From assembly GCA_963755915.1 (NCBI GenBank), contig CAVWLP010000003.1:320001-384000 (forward strand): a stretch of 64,000 bases of DNA, read 5' to 3'. A program made the translations under genes and the position numbers. The stretch is from an uncultured Phycisphaerales bacterium (lineage in GTDB: Bacteria; Planctomycetota; Phycisphaerae; Tepidisphaerales; Tepidisphaeraceae). Within the stretch, counting starts at the first letter, position 1; the number at the start of each line of letters is the position of its first letter. The notes under the pieces were generated by a model. It was not told where the DNA came from. It saw only the letters and a program-made list of their open reading frames with translations, and ran no database searches. Below, piece after piece: positions 30,384 through 40,897 of this stretch.

Positions 30384-30423
30384 CCCCCTCCCCGACCCTC
30401 CCCCGGCGTACCGGGGGCGGGGG
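30384..30423. repeat. REP-like GC-rich stem-loop
   Basis: CCCTCCCCCGG-cgta-CCGGGGGCGGG imperfect palindrome preceded by CCCCCTCCCCGA, downstream of the halogenase gene. Confidence 0.55.
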
Positions 30424-30448
30424 AAATAAGGAAGGACGGTGCCGTGGA

Positions 30449-31950
30449 TCAGCGCTCGGCGTTCCACTTCCAGCCCGGGTGATGGACGAAGCGGAGTGCT
30501 TCGGCGGGGTCGAGCCCGTTTCGCGCGGCGGCGCGATATTCCTCTCGATGCCGACTCCAGTTTTGCTTCTCAAGATCGGTAGAGATGTGACGACCCTTGT
30601 AAGGTACCCTGTTTCCCACCAGCATGACCAGGAACCCTTCGAGGCCAAACTGGTTGCCGGTTCCGGACATATTTCGCAGCGTGTGCCGGCAGAGGCCGGT
30701 GGGGCCGTTTTCCGCGTAAAATTCCAGCAGCTCGGCGGAGCCGGAGACGTCGGTCTCGGCGTTGCAGTGTTGCCAGAATGGGGTTTGGAGCATCGTGTTA
30801 AAGCGGTAATGAAATGCGAGGAAGTCGCGGATTTCGTCCCAGGTTCCGGCAGCGATTTTGTTATACATGTTGCGTGCCGTGGGAGCGGGCGAGAGTTCGG
30901 ACTGAACGAGGATTTCGACCAGGGCCTGGGTGCTGCCGCAGATGACCATGAGGGCGGTCGATTCGAGGGGCTCGACGAATCCCGAGGCGTTGCCGATGGA
31001 GACGACGTTGTCGACCCACGCCCGCTCGAATCGGCCGGAGCGGAACTTGACGACGCGGTCCCATGTTTTGGCCTTGGAATTCTTGCGTGTGAATTCGGCG
31101 TGGGCCTGGTCATCGGAGAGAAAGCGGGAGCTGAAGACGTATCCGCGGTTGATGGCGGTTTCGTGTTCGATCTGCCAGCACCATCCGGCGTCCATGGTTT
31201 CGGCGGTGGTGTAAGGGAGAATCGGTTCGCCGTCGCGCTGCCAACTGCCTACGACGGCGCGGTCGCAGATGAGGGATTTGTCGTAACTGATCCAGGGCTC
31301 ATTGAGGGCGCGGCCGAGGAGTTCGCTGCGGAAGCCGCTGGCGTCGATGAAGAGGTCGGCTTCAAGGCGGCGGCCGTCTTCGAGGATTACGGCGGAGATG
31401 CCCTGCGGACCGCGCTCGGCGCCGCTGGTCTTGGCATCAATGAAGTCGATCCCGATTTCGCCGCGACCGCTTCCAGGCAGGCTACGAATTTCGGATTTTC
31501 AATGTGAAACGCGTGCCAGGGAGGGATTTCCGGACCCGGGCCGTTTTGCTGACGTGGGAAGGCTTTTTTCTGTGCCATCAGCGCGGAGCAGAGACTGGCG
31601 CTTTCGAATTCCTCATCGCAGTAGAAACCGTTGGGACGAGGTAGGTCCGGGAGCTGCACGTCAAGCTGAAACTCAAAGCCGTAATCGAATTGGCCCCGCG
31701 GTCCCCAGAGGAAATGGATGCCCATTTTCCAGGTCGGGCGCGTCGTGGAATAAAAGTGCTTGCGGCTGATCCCCAGGTATTCAAACAGAAATTTGGGAAG
31801 GGCTGGCGTGGTGCTTTCACCGACGCCGATTACGCCGATATCGGGACTGCGCACCACTCGAACGCCCAGAGCGGGGATCTTGCGCTTCAGTGAAATGGCG
31901 GCGAGCAGGCCGGCATTTCCAGCGCCGAGGACCAGAATGTTTTTGATCAT
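30449..31950 (-). CDS. Tryptophan-halogenase-family flavin-dependent enzyme, frameshift near 31455
   Basis: LGAGNAG, IGVGEST, PTWKMGI (catalytic Lys), FIDASGF, GWCWQI, GFVEPLEST. Confidence 0.9.
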
Positions 31951-32207
31951 AGGCGATTCGGGGTGAAAGGCCGGATTTACCCTACGTTTGCCGGCGATTC
32001 TATCGTCATATTTCCAGGCTGCAATCAAAATCGACGGGGTCGGGCGCTGGAGGGAAACTCCTTTCCAATCCGGCCTGCGGCGCGATATACTTGCAGACTG
32101 ATAGTAAGTAGGGTCCTGGCGGTCTGCATTCGAGGAAATGGGCACCCGGTCCTGATATACTTTCGCCGAATCGAACTCTGGTCTCTAATTGGCGGACGAG
32201 GCGCGCA

Positions 32208-33530
32208 ATGGGCCCTAAATCGTCTTTGACACTCTTGCTGGCGATCTGTATTGCGCTGGAGATCGTGCGCGCGGATTTTACGTCGCTGCGGGCGGTGACC
32301 CCGATCGGGTCCACACAGGCGCCGGTGCAGATCGGGTTCTGGAATGGATTCACCGGCCCCGATGGCCGGGTGATGCTCGACCTGGTCCGGCAGTTCAATG
32401 AGACGCACCCGGACGTGCAGGTCACGATGCAGCGAATCGTCTGGGCGACGTTTTACAACAAGGTGATGGTGGCGGCGATCGACCATCGGGGGCCGGAAGT
32501 TTTTGTGCTTCAGTGGGATCTGACGCCGCGGATGGATCGGGCGGGGATTCTGGATGATGTGGATGACATGTTTGCCGATCCGGCATTTGCGGCGGATTTT
32601 GAGCCTTGGTTGCTGGACCGGGTGAATTTCGGGACGGATGGGAAGACCAGACGGATTGGCGTGCCGCTGGATATCTGGCCGCACGGGATGTACTGCAACG
32701 CGGAGATGTTTCGGCAGGCGGGGATCGTGAATGCGGATGGGTCGGCGCGGTTGCCGAGAACCCGAGAGGAATTCTTGGAGGATGCGAAGGCGCTCGAGCG
32801 CGTGGATAATTCCGATCAATCGGCGCAGTGGGGGTTTGCGTATGGGGATTGGACGTATAACTTCGAGTCGCTGCTGCCGCAGTGGCACGGGCATTTGGTG
32901 GACAAAGAGGGGAATCCGACGATTGACGATCCGGGAAATGTGGCGGCGCTGCAGTTTCTGGCGGACATGAATCTGAAATATCACCTGGCGCCGCCCCTGG
33001 AGGGGGGCGTTGCGGGATGGGTCGGATTTCGCCAGCATCGCGTGGCGATGGAATTTGATGGGGTTTACATGGTTGGCGATTTAAAGCGGCTTACGGGGCT
33101 GGATTATGAGGGCGCCCCCCTGCCGCAGATCGGGCCATATCCGGGAACATTCGCGAATTCGCACATTATGTGCATTCGAAAGGGGCTGGATGAGCGACGA
33201 AGAGAGGCGGCAAAGGCGTTTATTCGATTTTTATCGGACCACAGCCTGACGTGGGCGGATGCCGGGCAGGTTCCGGCGCGGACGAGCGCGCGGGAGAGCC
33301 CGGCGTTCAAGAAGCTGCAGGTGCAGTATGCGTTTTCGCAGCAACTGGATTATGTGCAGTATCCGGCCAGGACCGCGCTGATCAGCGAGATGCAGCAATA
33401 TGTGAACCTCGCGGTGGAGGCAGCGCTTCGCGGGCATGCGACGGCGGCGGAAGCGCTGCACCAGGCGCAGGAAAACTTCGAGACGTTGCTCGAGCACGAC
33501 CGGCAGGAGCTGATGGCGAGCCAGCCGTGA
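32208..33530 (+). CDS. Oligosaccharide ABC substrate-binding protein
   Basis: FWNGFTGPDG...FNETHPD, GVPLD, AMEFDG, WADAGQVP. Confidence 0.9.
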   Translation: MGPKSSLTLLLAICIALEIVRADFTSLRAVTPIGSTQAPVQIGFWNGFTGPDGRVMLDLVRQFNETHPDVQVTMQRIVWATFYNKVMVAAIDHRGPEVFVLQWDLTPRMDRAGILDDVDDMFADPAFAADFEPWLLDRVNFGTDGKTRRIGVPLDIWPHGMYCNAEMFRQAGIVNADGSARLPRTREEFLEDAKALERVDNSDQSAQWGFAYGDWTYNFESLLPQWHGHLVDKEGNPTIDDPGNVAALQFLADMNLKYHLAPPLEGGVAGWVGFRQHRVAMEFDGVYMVGDLKRLTGLDYEGAPLPQIGPYPGTFANSHIMCIRKGLDERRREAAKAFIRFLSDHSLTWADAGQVPARTSARESPAFKKLQVQYAFSQQLDYVQYPARTALISEMQQYVNLAVEAALRGHATAAEALHQAQENFETLLEHDRQELMASQP

Positions 33531-34402
33531 CGAAAAAGATCCGAAGCGAAATGGTCGCCTATGCGTTCCTGCTGCCTTACGCGGCGGTCTTCTTTTTATT
33601 CATCGTGCTGCCGTTTGTGGTGTCGCTGGTGCTGGCGTTTTGCCAATATGATCTGACGACGCAGCGGGCGATTCGGTTTGTGGGGACGCGGAATTTCACC
33701 GAGGCCTTTCACGACCAATTTTTCTGGCGGGCGGTTGGGGCGACGTTTCGATACGTCGCGATGATCATTCCAGCGCAGACGGTGCTGGGGATGCTGCTCG
33801 CGCTGGGGATGAACGCGATGTCGCGGGGGCGGAAATCGGTTCGGGCGCTGCTTTTTCTGCCCGGGCTGTTCAGCATTTCGGTGACGGCGCTGCTTTGGAA
33901 TTGGTTCTTCGACGAGGAATTTGGACTGTTTAATCATTTGCTGCATGAGATTCATTTGCCCGGGGTGCCGTGGTTATCGAACGCGCATGTGGCGATGCCA
34001 AGCATCGTTCTGATGACGCTATGGTGGACGGTGGGAGGATCAGCGGCGATTTTGCTCACCGGCCTGCAGCAGATTCCGTCGCAGATCATGGAGGCGGCGG
34101 CGATCGACGGGGCCAGCGCCTGGCATGCGTTCTGGAAGGTGACGCTGCCGATGCTGCGGCCCGTGCTGCTGTTCATCGTGGTGATGAACACCATCGGCGG
34201 GTTTCAAATGTTTGCGCAGTCGATGCTGCTGACCAACGGCGGGCCGGAATTTACAACGCGGGGGGTGGTTCAGCTCATCTACGACACGGCGTTCATGAAC
34301 TACCGGCTCGGATACGGAGCGGCAATCAGTTGGCTGCTGTTCCTGCTGATCGCGGGATTTTCGCTGGCCCAATACCGGCTTTTGCGGAGGTATTCGGATT
34401 GA
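33527..34402 (+). CDS. Carbohydrate ABC permease (MalF-like)
   Basis: GTGA overlap; EAAAIDGA...VTLPMLRP EAA loop. Confidence 0.92.
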   Translation: MTKKIRSEMVAYAFLLPYAAVFFLFIVLPFVVSLVLAFCQYDLTTQRAIRFVGTRNFTEAFHDQFFWRAVGATFRYVAMIIPAQTVLGMLLALGMNAMSRGRKSVRALLFLPGLFSISVTALLWNWFFDEEFGLFNHLLHEIHLPGVPWLSNAHVAMPSIVLMTLWWTVGGSAAILLTGLQQIPSQIMEAAAIDGASAWHAFWKVTLPMLRPVLLFIVVMNTIGGFQMFAQSMLLTNGGPEFTTRGVVQLIYDTAFMNYRLGYGAAISWLLFLLIAGFSLAQYRLLRRYSD

Positions 34403-35222
34403 AGCGCACTGGGCCGCAAATTTCGACGGGGGTGATGATAGCGGTTGGGCTGCTGTTTATTGCCCCGCTCTTTGTAATGATCTTCACGTCATTCAAGCCG
34501 GAGTCGGAGGTTTTGAATCCGCAGTCGATTATTCCGAAACACTGGACCACAGAAAATTTCCGGTACGTGCTGAATTATTCGGAAGAAGCGCCGTTTCGCG
34601 CTGGCTGCTGAACAGCATCTTCGTGTCGACGGCGGTGACGCTGGGAGTGCTGGTCTTTTCGTCAATGGCGGCCTATGCGCTCACGCGGCTGAGATTGCGC
34701 GGCGGCGGGAAGATCCTGGGGGCTGTGGTGCTGACGATGATGCTTCCGGCCCAGTTATTTTTGGTGCCGGACTATTTGATTTTGAGCTGGTTTCACTGGC
34801 TCGATACGCCCTGGGCACTGATCGTCCCGGCAACGGCGGGAGGCTTCGGCGTGTTTATGCTCGCCAGCTTTATGCGGGCCATCCCCACTTCAATCGACGA
34901 GGCGGCGGTGATCGACGGCTGTTCGCCGCTGGGGGTTTACCTGCACGTGGTGCTGCCGCTGAGCGCACCCGCGCTGGCGACGCTGGGGATTTTCACGTTC
35001 ATCGGATCCTGGAACGATTTCGTGGCGCCGCTGGTGTTCCTGGATTCGGTGCGGAATTACACGCTGCCGGTGGGGATCGCGCTCTATCAGAATTCATACT
35101 ACACCGAATATGGGCTGACCCTGGCCACAAGCGTTCTGGCAACGATGCCGCTGGTCGTGATGTTCGCGATTTTCCAGCGGCACATCATTGAAAGCATGTC
35201 TTCAACCGGTTTGAAGGAATAG
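34399..35222 (+). CDS. Carbohydrate ABC permease (MalG-like), frameshift near 34600
   Basis: FTSFKP, MAAYAL, DEAAVIDG, FIGSWNDF. Confidence 0.9.
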
Positions 35223-35231
35223 AAAGGAAAC

Positions 35232-36725
35232 ATGAATACCAAGCTTCATCTTCACACGGCGTTTCTGGTCGATGACGTTGACCCGCGCGTCTTCGGCGGA
35301 TTTCTCGAGCATTTGGGCAGGGCCGTTTACGAGGGCGTCTACGAGCCCAAGAGCAAGCACGCCGACGAGACCGGCTGCCGCAAGGACGTTCTGGAGGCCC
35401 TGAAGCGTTTGCGATTCACCGCGATGCGATATCCCGGCGGCAATTTCGTCAGCGGATACCACTGGCAGGATGCCGTCGGCCCCCGCAACAAGCGCCCGAA
35501 GGTGCGCGACCTCGCCTGGCAAAGTTTGGAGACAAACGAATTCGGACCGGATGAATTTGTCCCCCTTTCCCGCCGCATGAATTGGACCCCCATGATGGCC
35601 GTCAACCTCGGTACCGGCACGCCCGAAGAAGCCAGAAACTGGCTGGAATATTGCAACCTCGAATCCGGCTCAAAATGGGCCGAAATGCGCATCGCCAACG
35701 GATCCAAACGCCCGCACGACATCAAGCTCTGGTGTCTCGGCAACGAAATGGATGGCCCCTGGCAAATCGGGCACATCCCCGCGGAAACTTATGCAATAAA
35801 CGCCCAGCAGACCGCGCGGATGATGAAGATGGTCGACCCCAGCGTCGAGCTCGTCGTTTGCGGCTCCTGCACGATCGATCTCCCCACATACCTGGAGTGG
35901 GATCGGAAGGTCCTGGAACATTGCAAAAACGATGTGGAATTCATCAGCTTGCACCGTTACGTCGGCAACGAAGCCAACGATACGCCCGATTTTCTGGCGG
36001 TCAGCAACAGCATCGACGATCAGATCGAATCGATGGATTCGGTCTGCAAAGCCGTTCAAAAGACCAAGCGCCTCAAAAAGCGCGTCTATCTGAGTTTCGA
36101 CGAATGGAACATCTGGTATCGCGCCCGCACCGGCCCGCACATGGACGGTCGCGGCAAATTCGCCCCGCATCTGCTGGAAGAGGTGTATAACCTCGAGGAT
36201 GCGCTGGTCGCTGCTGAATTTCTGAACAGCTTCGTTCGTCATGCCGACTCTGTGAAGATCGCGAACATTGCCCAGATCGTGAACGTGATCGCACCGATAC
36301 TCACGCGCGGGGACGAGATGGTGATCCAGACGATTTTTTATCCGATCGAAATGATGACCAAACGCCGGGATGGGAAGGCGATGCGGATTGCGATCGATGG
36401 GCCGGCGTATGATTCGAAAAGCTTTGGACGGGCCAATTACCTCGATGCTTCCGCCATTCAAAACGGGAAACAGATCAGCGTTTTCGCGGTGAATCGCAGC
36501 CTTGAGGAGGCGATGGACCTCGAAGTCCGCCTCGGTGGAGGCCGAATCGAGAAACTCGTAAGCGGCGAGATTATCAGCAGTAATGATCCGAAGGCGAGCA
36601 ATACATTCGAGAACCCCAATCACGTGACGCCGCGGGAATTTAAGGATGCGGTCATCAACTCGGCGGGGGCAACTCTGAAACTGCCGCCGCTTTCGTTTGT
36701 CGCGGCGACGTTTGAAATATCGTGA
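35232..36725 (+). CDS. abfA: Cytoplasmic GH51 alpha-L-arabinofuranosidase
   Basis: FLEHLGRAVYEG, RYPGGNFVSGY, WCLGNEMDGPWQIG, SFDEWNIW, AQIVNVIAPI; no signal peptide. Confidence 0.93.
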   Translation: MNTKLHLHTAFLVDDVDPRVFGGFLEHLGRAVYEGVYEPKSKHADETGCRKDVLEALKRLRFTAMRYPGGNFVSGYHWQDAVGPRNKRPKVRDLAWQSLETNEFGPDEFVPLSRRMNWTPMMAVNLGTGTPEEARNWLEYCNLESGSKWAEMRIANGSKRPHDIKLWCLGNEMDGPWQIGHIPAETYAINAQQTARMMKMVDPSVELVVCGSCTIDLPTYLEWDRKVLEHCKNDVEFISLHRYVGNEANDTPDFLAVSNSIDDQIESMDSVCKAVQKTKRLKKRVYLSFDEWNIWYRARTGPHMDGRGKFAPHLLEEVYNLEDALVAAEFLNSFVRHADSVKIANIAQIVNVIAPILTRGDEMVIQTIFYPIEMMTKRRDGKAMRIAIDGPAYDSKSFGRANYLDASAIQNGKQISVFAVNRSLEEAMDLEVRLGGGRIEKLVSGEIISSNDPKASNTFENPNHVTPREFKDAVINSAGATLKLPPLSFVAATFEIS

Positions 36726-36792
36726 CGATCGTGCGCCGATTCGCGGTTTGTTAAAATGTGCCGGCCCGGGGGAAAATGGGCGAGATTCGCCA

Positions 36793-37635
36793 GTGAAAAA
36801 GCTGCGCTCATACATTCTCGGCAACGCTTCCACCGCGGAATATCAGCGGCTGGATCTCATGTCCAAGATTCTTGATCCGTGGACGAGATCATTGATTGCC
36901 GGACTTGGTTTGCGGGAGGGTTGGCATTGCCTGGAACTGGGGGGCGGCAATGGGAGCATGACGGAGTGGCTGTGCGAAAAGGTCGGGGCGTCGGGAAGCG
37001 TTACCTCGGTGGACATCGAACCGAAGCTTATTGCACTGGTGCCGGCGCAAAACCTTGTGGTTCGGCAGACGGACGTGCGGGTCGCGGATTTGCCGGGAGG
37101 GCCGTTTGACCTCGTGATGTGCCGGGCGATGCTGCACCAGATTTCGGAGCACGCGCAGGGTGTGCTGGGCAAAATGGCGGCGGCAGTGAAACCCGGCGGG
37201 TGGCTGTTTGCGTGCGAGCCGGATTTTAACCTGGCGCGGACCTGTGAGCCCAAAGCGTGGGCGAAGACATGGGATGGAATTTTGAAGTGGGGAAAATCGC
37301 AGGGCGTTGACTGGTTAATCGGCCGCAGGCTGCCGGGAATGGTAAAGGCGCTGGGGCTGGGATATCCCGAAGTGGCGACGCACGTGCCGAGCATTCGGGG
37401 GACGACGCGCGATGCGGAATATTTTCAGATGTTTCTGGAGATGGTGCGAAAACGCGTGCTGGAATCGCGGTCGGTGGATGCGAAAACATTCGATGCGGCT
37501 GCCGCGGCGCTGCGGGATCCGGATTGCTGGACGCAGTGCTGGATGCTGACCGGCGTTTGGGTGCGCAAGCCGTGGTTTGAACGCGATCAATCAGAGCAGC
37601 GGGTCGTTGATCTTGCGCTTCATCAGCAGGTTTGA
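36793..37635 (+). CDS. Class I SAM-dependent methyltransferase
   Basis: CLELGGGNGS, SVDI, FDLV, VKPGGWL. Confidence 0.88.
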   Translation: MKKLRSYILGNASTAEYQRLDLMSKILDPWTRSLIAGLGLREGWHCLELGGGNGSMTEWLCEKVGASGSVTSVDIEPKLIALVPAQNLVVRQTDVRVADLPGGPFDLVMCRAMLHQISEHAQGVLGKMAAAVKPGGWLFACEPDFNLARTCEPKAWAKTWDGILKWGKSQGVDWLIGRRLPGMVKALGLGYPEVATHVPSIRGTTRDAEYFQMFLEMVRKRVLESRSVDAKTFDAAAAALRDPDCWTQCWMLTGVWVRKPWFERDQSEQRVVDLALHQQV

Positions 37636-38163
37636 GGGGAGGCTCGTGGGGTCCAGCGCTTTGCGGGCGGTTTCCACGCCGGCGACCGGGAGATTTTTGG
37701 GGTCGAGCAATCCGAGTTGAACAAGCGCCGAGGCCTGGTCCCAGTGGATGTGCTCGTGATGAATTTTTCCGCCTTCGAAGGCGACGACCACGATCGTGAC
37801 CAATTCGATCCTCCGGCCGGTCGGCGGCACACCGGGAAGCAGCCAGTCCATTTGCTTGGTGTGGGTGCAGCGGAAGACGAATTCATCGACGATGCGGTCG
37901 TAGCCGACGGTCCGCGAGATGGGGAGGAGTTCGACATCGGGCGGCATCGAGGGAATGAAATACGTGCCGTAAAAGTGCTCGAGCTGGGTGCGACCAACGC
38001 CGCCGGTCAGCACCGGCACGTGGTTGACATAGGGGCGGGCGACCATGGTATCGCAGGAAGCGGCGGCATTTTTGTCCTGGAATTCCGCGGCCAGATGCTT
38101 TTCCCACAGATCGACCATCGCCAGTTGATCGGGCGTGAGCTTTGAAAGGTCGAGGGCGAACAT
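37591..38163 (-). CDS. SnoaL/NTF2-like ester cyclase-family protein
   Basis: WEKHLAAEF, PYVNHVP, SRTVG, VDEF, PGVPPTG, HEHIHWDQAS. Confidence 0.8.
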   Translation of the reverse strand: MFALDLSKLTPDQLAMVDLWEKHLAAEFQDKNAAASCDTMVARPYVNHVPVLTGGVGRTQLEHFYGTYFIPSMPPDVELLPISRTVGYDRIVDEFVFRCTHTKQMDWLLPGVPPTGRRIELVTIVVVAFEGGKIHHEHIHWDQASALVQLGLLDPKNLPVAGVETARKALDPTSLPSNLLMKRKINDPLL

Positions 38164-38393
38164 GACGACCACCTCCCCAAAAGAAGTAGTTTGTCCGGGG
38201 ACGCCGGGACGCGCGCAGGCATTCTAACACAAGGCGTGCAGTAATCAGTTATCGCTCCCATTTTACGCGGGGAAAATAATTCATTTGCTTCAAAACAGCC
38301 GCTGGGCGCAAAACCTGCCATGGGGCCACAAGTTAAGTGATGTTTCGGGTTCTTCGATAAAGGGCAATATCGGTCTTTTGCCTTAAGCCAGGA

Positions 38394-40012
38394 ATGCCAA
38401 TGGAAAGCAGCAATCAAAGTGTTTCAATCCGCTGGGGACTCGTAGCCGTCCTGCTCGCAGCATCGATTGCGCGCCTGTCGACGCTGAGCGACCCATTTAC
38501 CCGAAACCACGAAAGCACCGCCTGCGGCCCCATGGTCTGCGCCGCCCGAAATATGGTGCGCTACGGATTCTTCGCCTGCCATTTCGGCTACGTTGAAAAC
38601 GCCGATCACGTCGATCCGAGCCAGTTCACTTATTACAACCACCATCCGCCCCTGGTTCCGATACTCGAGGCCCTCAGCGCCAAGGTCTTCGGCGATGTCC
38701 CCTGGGCTTACCGCCTACCCGGCGCTCTCTGCTCCGTGCTCACCAGCGGGCTGCTCTTTGTGATGCTGGCGGCAAGTTTGACTGGCGCGTCGGGCTCGCC
38801 ACGGCGCTGCTTTATACCCTCTGCCCTTTCATCTGGATGTTCGGCGACATGCCCGACGTCGTCGGCCCCCACATGATGCTCTTCGGACTCCTCACCCTGG
38901 AGTGCTATTCACGCTGGTCCGACGAAGGCAACGCAAGGTGGCTCCCCTGGGCCGTTCTCTGCTGGTTTCTGGCCTTTATGTGCGACTGGCCGGCCTTTTT
39001 CCTCGTCCCCATCCTCTGCGCCGATTATGCCATCAAGCATCCCTGGCGCGCCTGGTGGCGGATGATTCCCTACTGCGTGATCGCCGTCCTCGTCCTCGGA
39101 TCGACCATCGGCTGGCTGATGGCCGGTGGCGACAACAGCGTCATCTCCGAAACCATCCGCAGGGTCAACGGCGGCGCCTCCGACGCCGGCCTGAAGATCG
39201 GCCTGGCAAGCTGGTTCCGCGTCGCCATCGGTTATTACGTTTATCACACGTTCACCCTCCCGGTAATTCTGCTCGGCCTGGCCTATATTCCCGCGGTGGT
39301 GTGGATCGTTAAGAAACACCGCTCAGAGTTGGCGGCCAATGATACAACGCTGATGATGGTCTGCTGGGGACTGATGCACGTTCTGATCGGCTTCCAGAGC
39401 AGCTACCAGCACATGTGGGTCTGGTGCGTCCTGGTGCCGGGCGCCTGCGCCGCCGCCGTCCTGGGCGGACGGGCCATCTGGAATATTCTCCCCGCCAAAA
39501 TTCAGACCAGTTCCTACGTGCCCTTTACCGCCGGAGCGCTGGCGGTTGTCTTCATCGTCTCCTGTTGCCTGGAGGCCAAAACCCTCAGCAATCTCGGCCT
39601 GCCTGTCGAGGAAAACAGCTATACAATGAAGGACATGGGCGAGGTGATTCAGCAGACCGTGCCCCCTGGCCAGGGAGTTTTGACCAGCGATATGAGCGAC
39701 CCCCTGACGCATCAAAGCGAGCCGGCCCTGTGGTTCTACTCCGACCGCCAGCTTCGCAACGGCATTCGCAGCGTCAGCCAGCTTGATAATTCACTGGGTG
39801 AGGGGGACTACCAGCTCTTCTACGATTTCGTGCAGCCCGGCGGCCCGGCGCCTTTGTGGTTCATCATGCCGCTGGAGCATCACGAGCGATTCAAGCAACT
39901 GGCGGCCGCGCTCGACAGCCGATACGCCCGCTGGCAGAAAAACGGGTTCTTCATCTACTACCTCCCGGAGACCCCCGCCGACGTAGGCAAGGTCGCCGAT
40001 ACCGGCAGGTAG
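38394..40012 (+). CDS. ArnT/PMT-like GT-C membrane glycosyltransferase, frameshift near 38775
   Basis: ARNM...YYNHHPPL...KVFG...WAYRLP N-terminal motif; about 11 hydrophobic segments. Confidence 0.75.
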
Positions 40013-40025
40013 ACTTCCACCACTT

Positions 40026-40835
40026 TTAGTTTGCGTCGGCCCCCGCCGACGCACCCACAAGCTTGCCCACCGGTGCAGCAGTCTTGCGTGGCTCATGCCA
40101 GAGCCGCCAGCGAAGGCGGATCGTGTCGAGGATCATGGACCAGCCGTGCTTCACCATGCGGACCGTGGTCGGGTCTACATATTCGAAATGGATCGGCGTC
40201 TCCTTGATCGTGAGATTGGCGGCGCCGGCGTAGGCGAGGAGCTCTACGTCGAAGAAGAAGCCGTCGGTTACGATGTGTGCGCCGATTCGATCCCACGTTT
40301 TGGCGGTGAAGCCTTTCAGGCCGGCCTGGGTGTCGAGGATTTTTATGGGCAGCATCCAGCGCAGGAAGGCGTTGAAGGCGCGGCTCATGCGGTGACGCTT
40401 GTAGATGTTAGGGAAATCGAGGGGGCTGATCAGGAACCGCGAATCGGGGTGGGCGCGGTTGACGACGACCATGTCGGCCCCTTCGCGCAATTTCGCCAGG
40501 ACCTTGACCGCTTCCTCGGGGGCATACGCCAGATCGGCATCGGTGAAGATCCGATACGGCGTCTGCGCCCGCCACATGCCGTTCTTCACCGCGAATCCCT
40601 TGCCGCGGTTCTTGGTATAGCTCTGCACCGTCATCCGCGGCTCATTGCGCGTAAGCATCTCGAGCTTCGCCGAGGTATCGTCCGTGCACCCGTCGCAGAC
40701 GAACAGAACGCAGAATTCGGGATTCACCGCAAGAAAGGCGCTGAGCCTTTCCACCGATTTGGCGATGAACGCCGACGCGTTATAGGTCGGAATGACCAGT
40801 GTGCAGATAGGATTGGTCCCAATTTGAGCATTCAT
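40026..40835 (-). CDS. GT2 polyprenyl-phosphate sugar synthase (dolichyl-P glucosyl/mannosyltransferase-like)
   Basis: LVIPTYN, CDGCTDDT, NRGKGFAV, FTDADL, DTQAGLKGF, GFFFDVELL. Confidence 0.88.
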   Translation of the reverse strand: MNAQIGTNPICTLVIPTYNASAFIAKSVERLSAFLAVNPEFCVLFVCDGCTDDTSAKLEMLTRNEPRMTVQSYTKNRGKGFAVKNGMWRAQTPYRIFTDADLAYAPEEAVKVLAKLREGADMVVVNRAHPDSRFLISPLDFPNIYKRHRMSRAFNAFLRWMLPIKILDTQAGLKGFTAKTWDRIGAHIVTDGFFFDVELLAYAGAANLTIKETPIHFEYVDPTTVRMVKHGWSMILDTIRLRWRLWHEPRKTAAPVGKLVGASAGADAN

Positions 40836-40897
40836 ATTTCTCCCGGTCCGTTTTTAGTTCTTGCCAGTTTGTTATCGGTCCAAGCGCATAAATCCTG

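Noticed and set aside
30449-38163. Secondary-metabolite cluster (halogenase + methyltransferase + SnoaL-like protein)
   Set aside because: No scaffold-forming enzyme; the genes are separated by a sugar ABC/GH51 operon and differ in orientation
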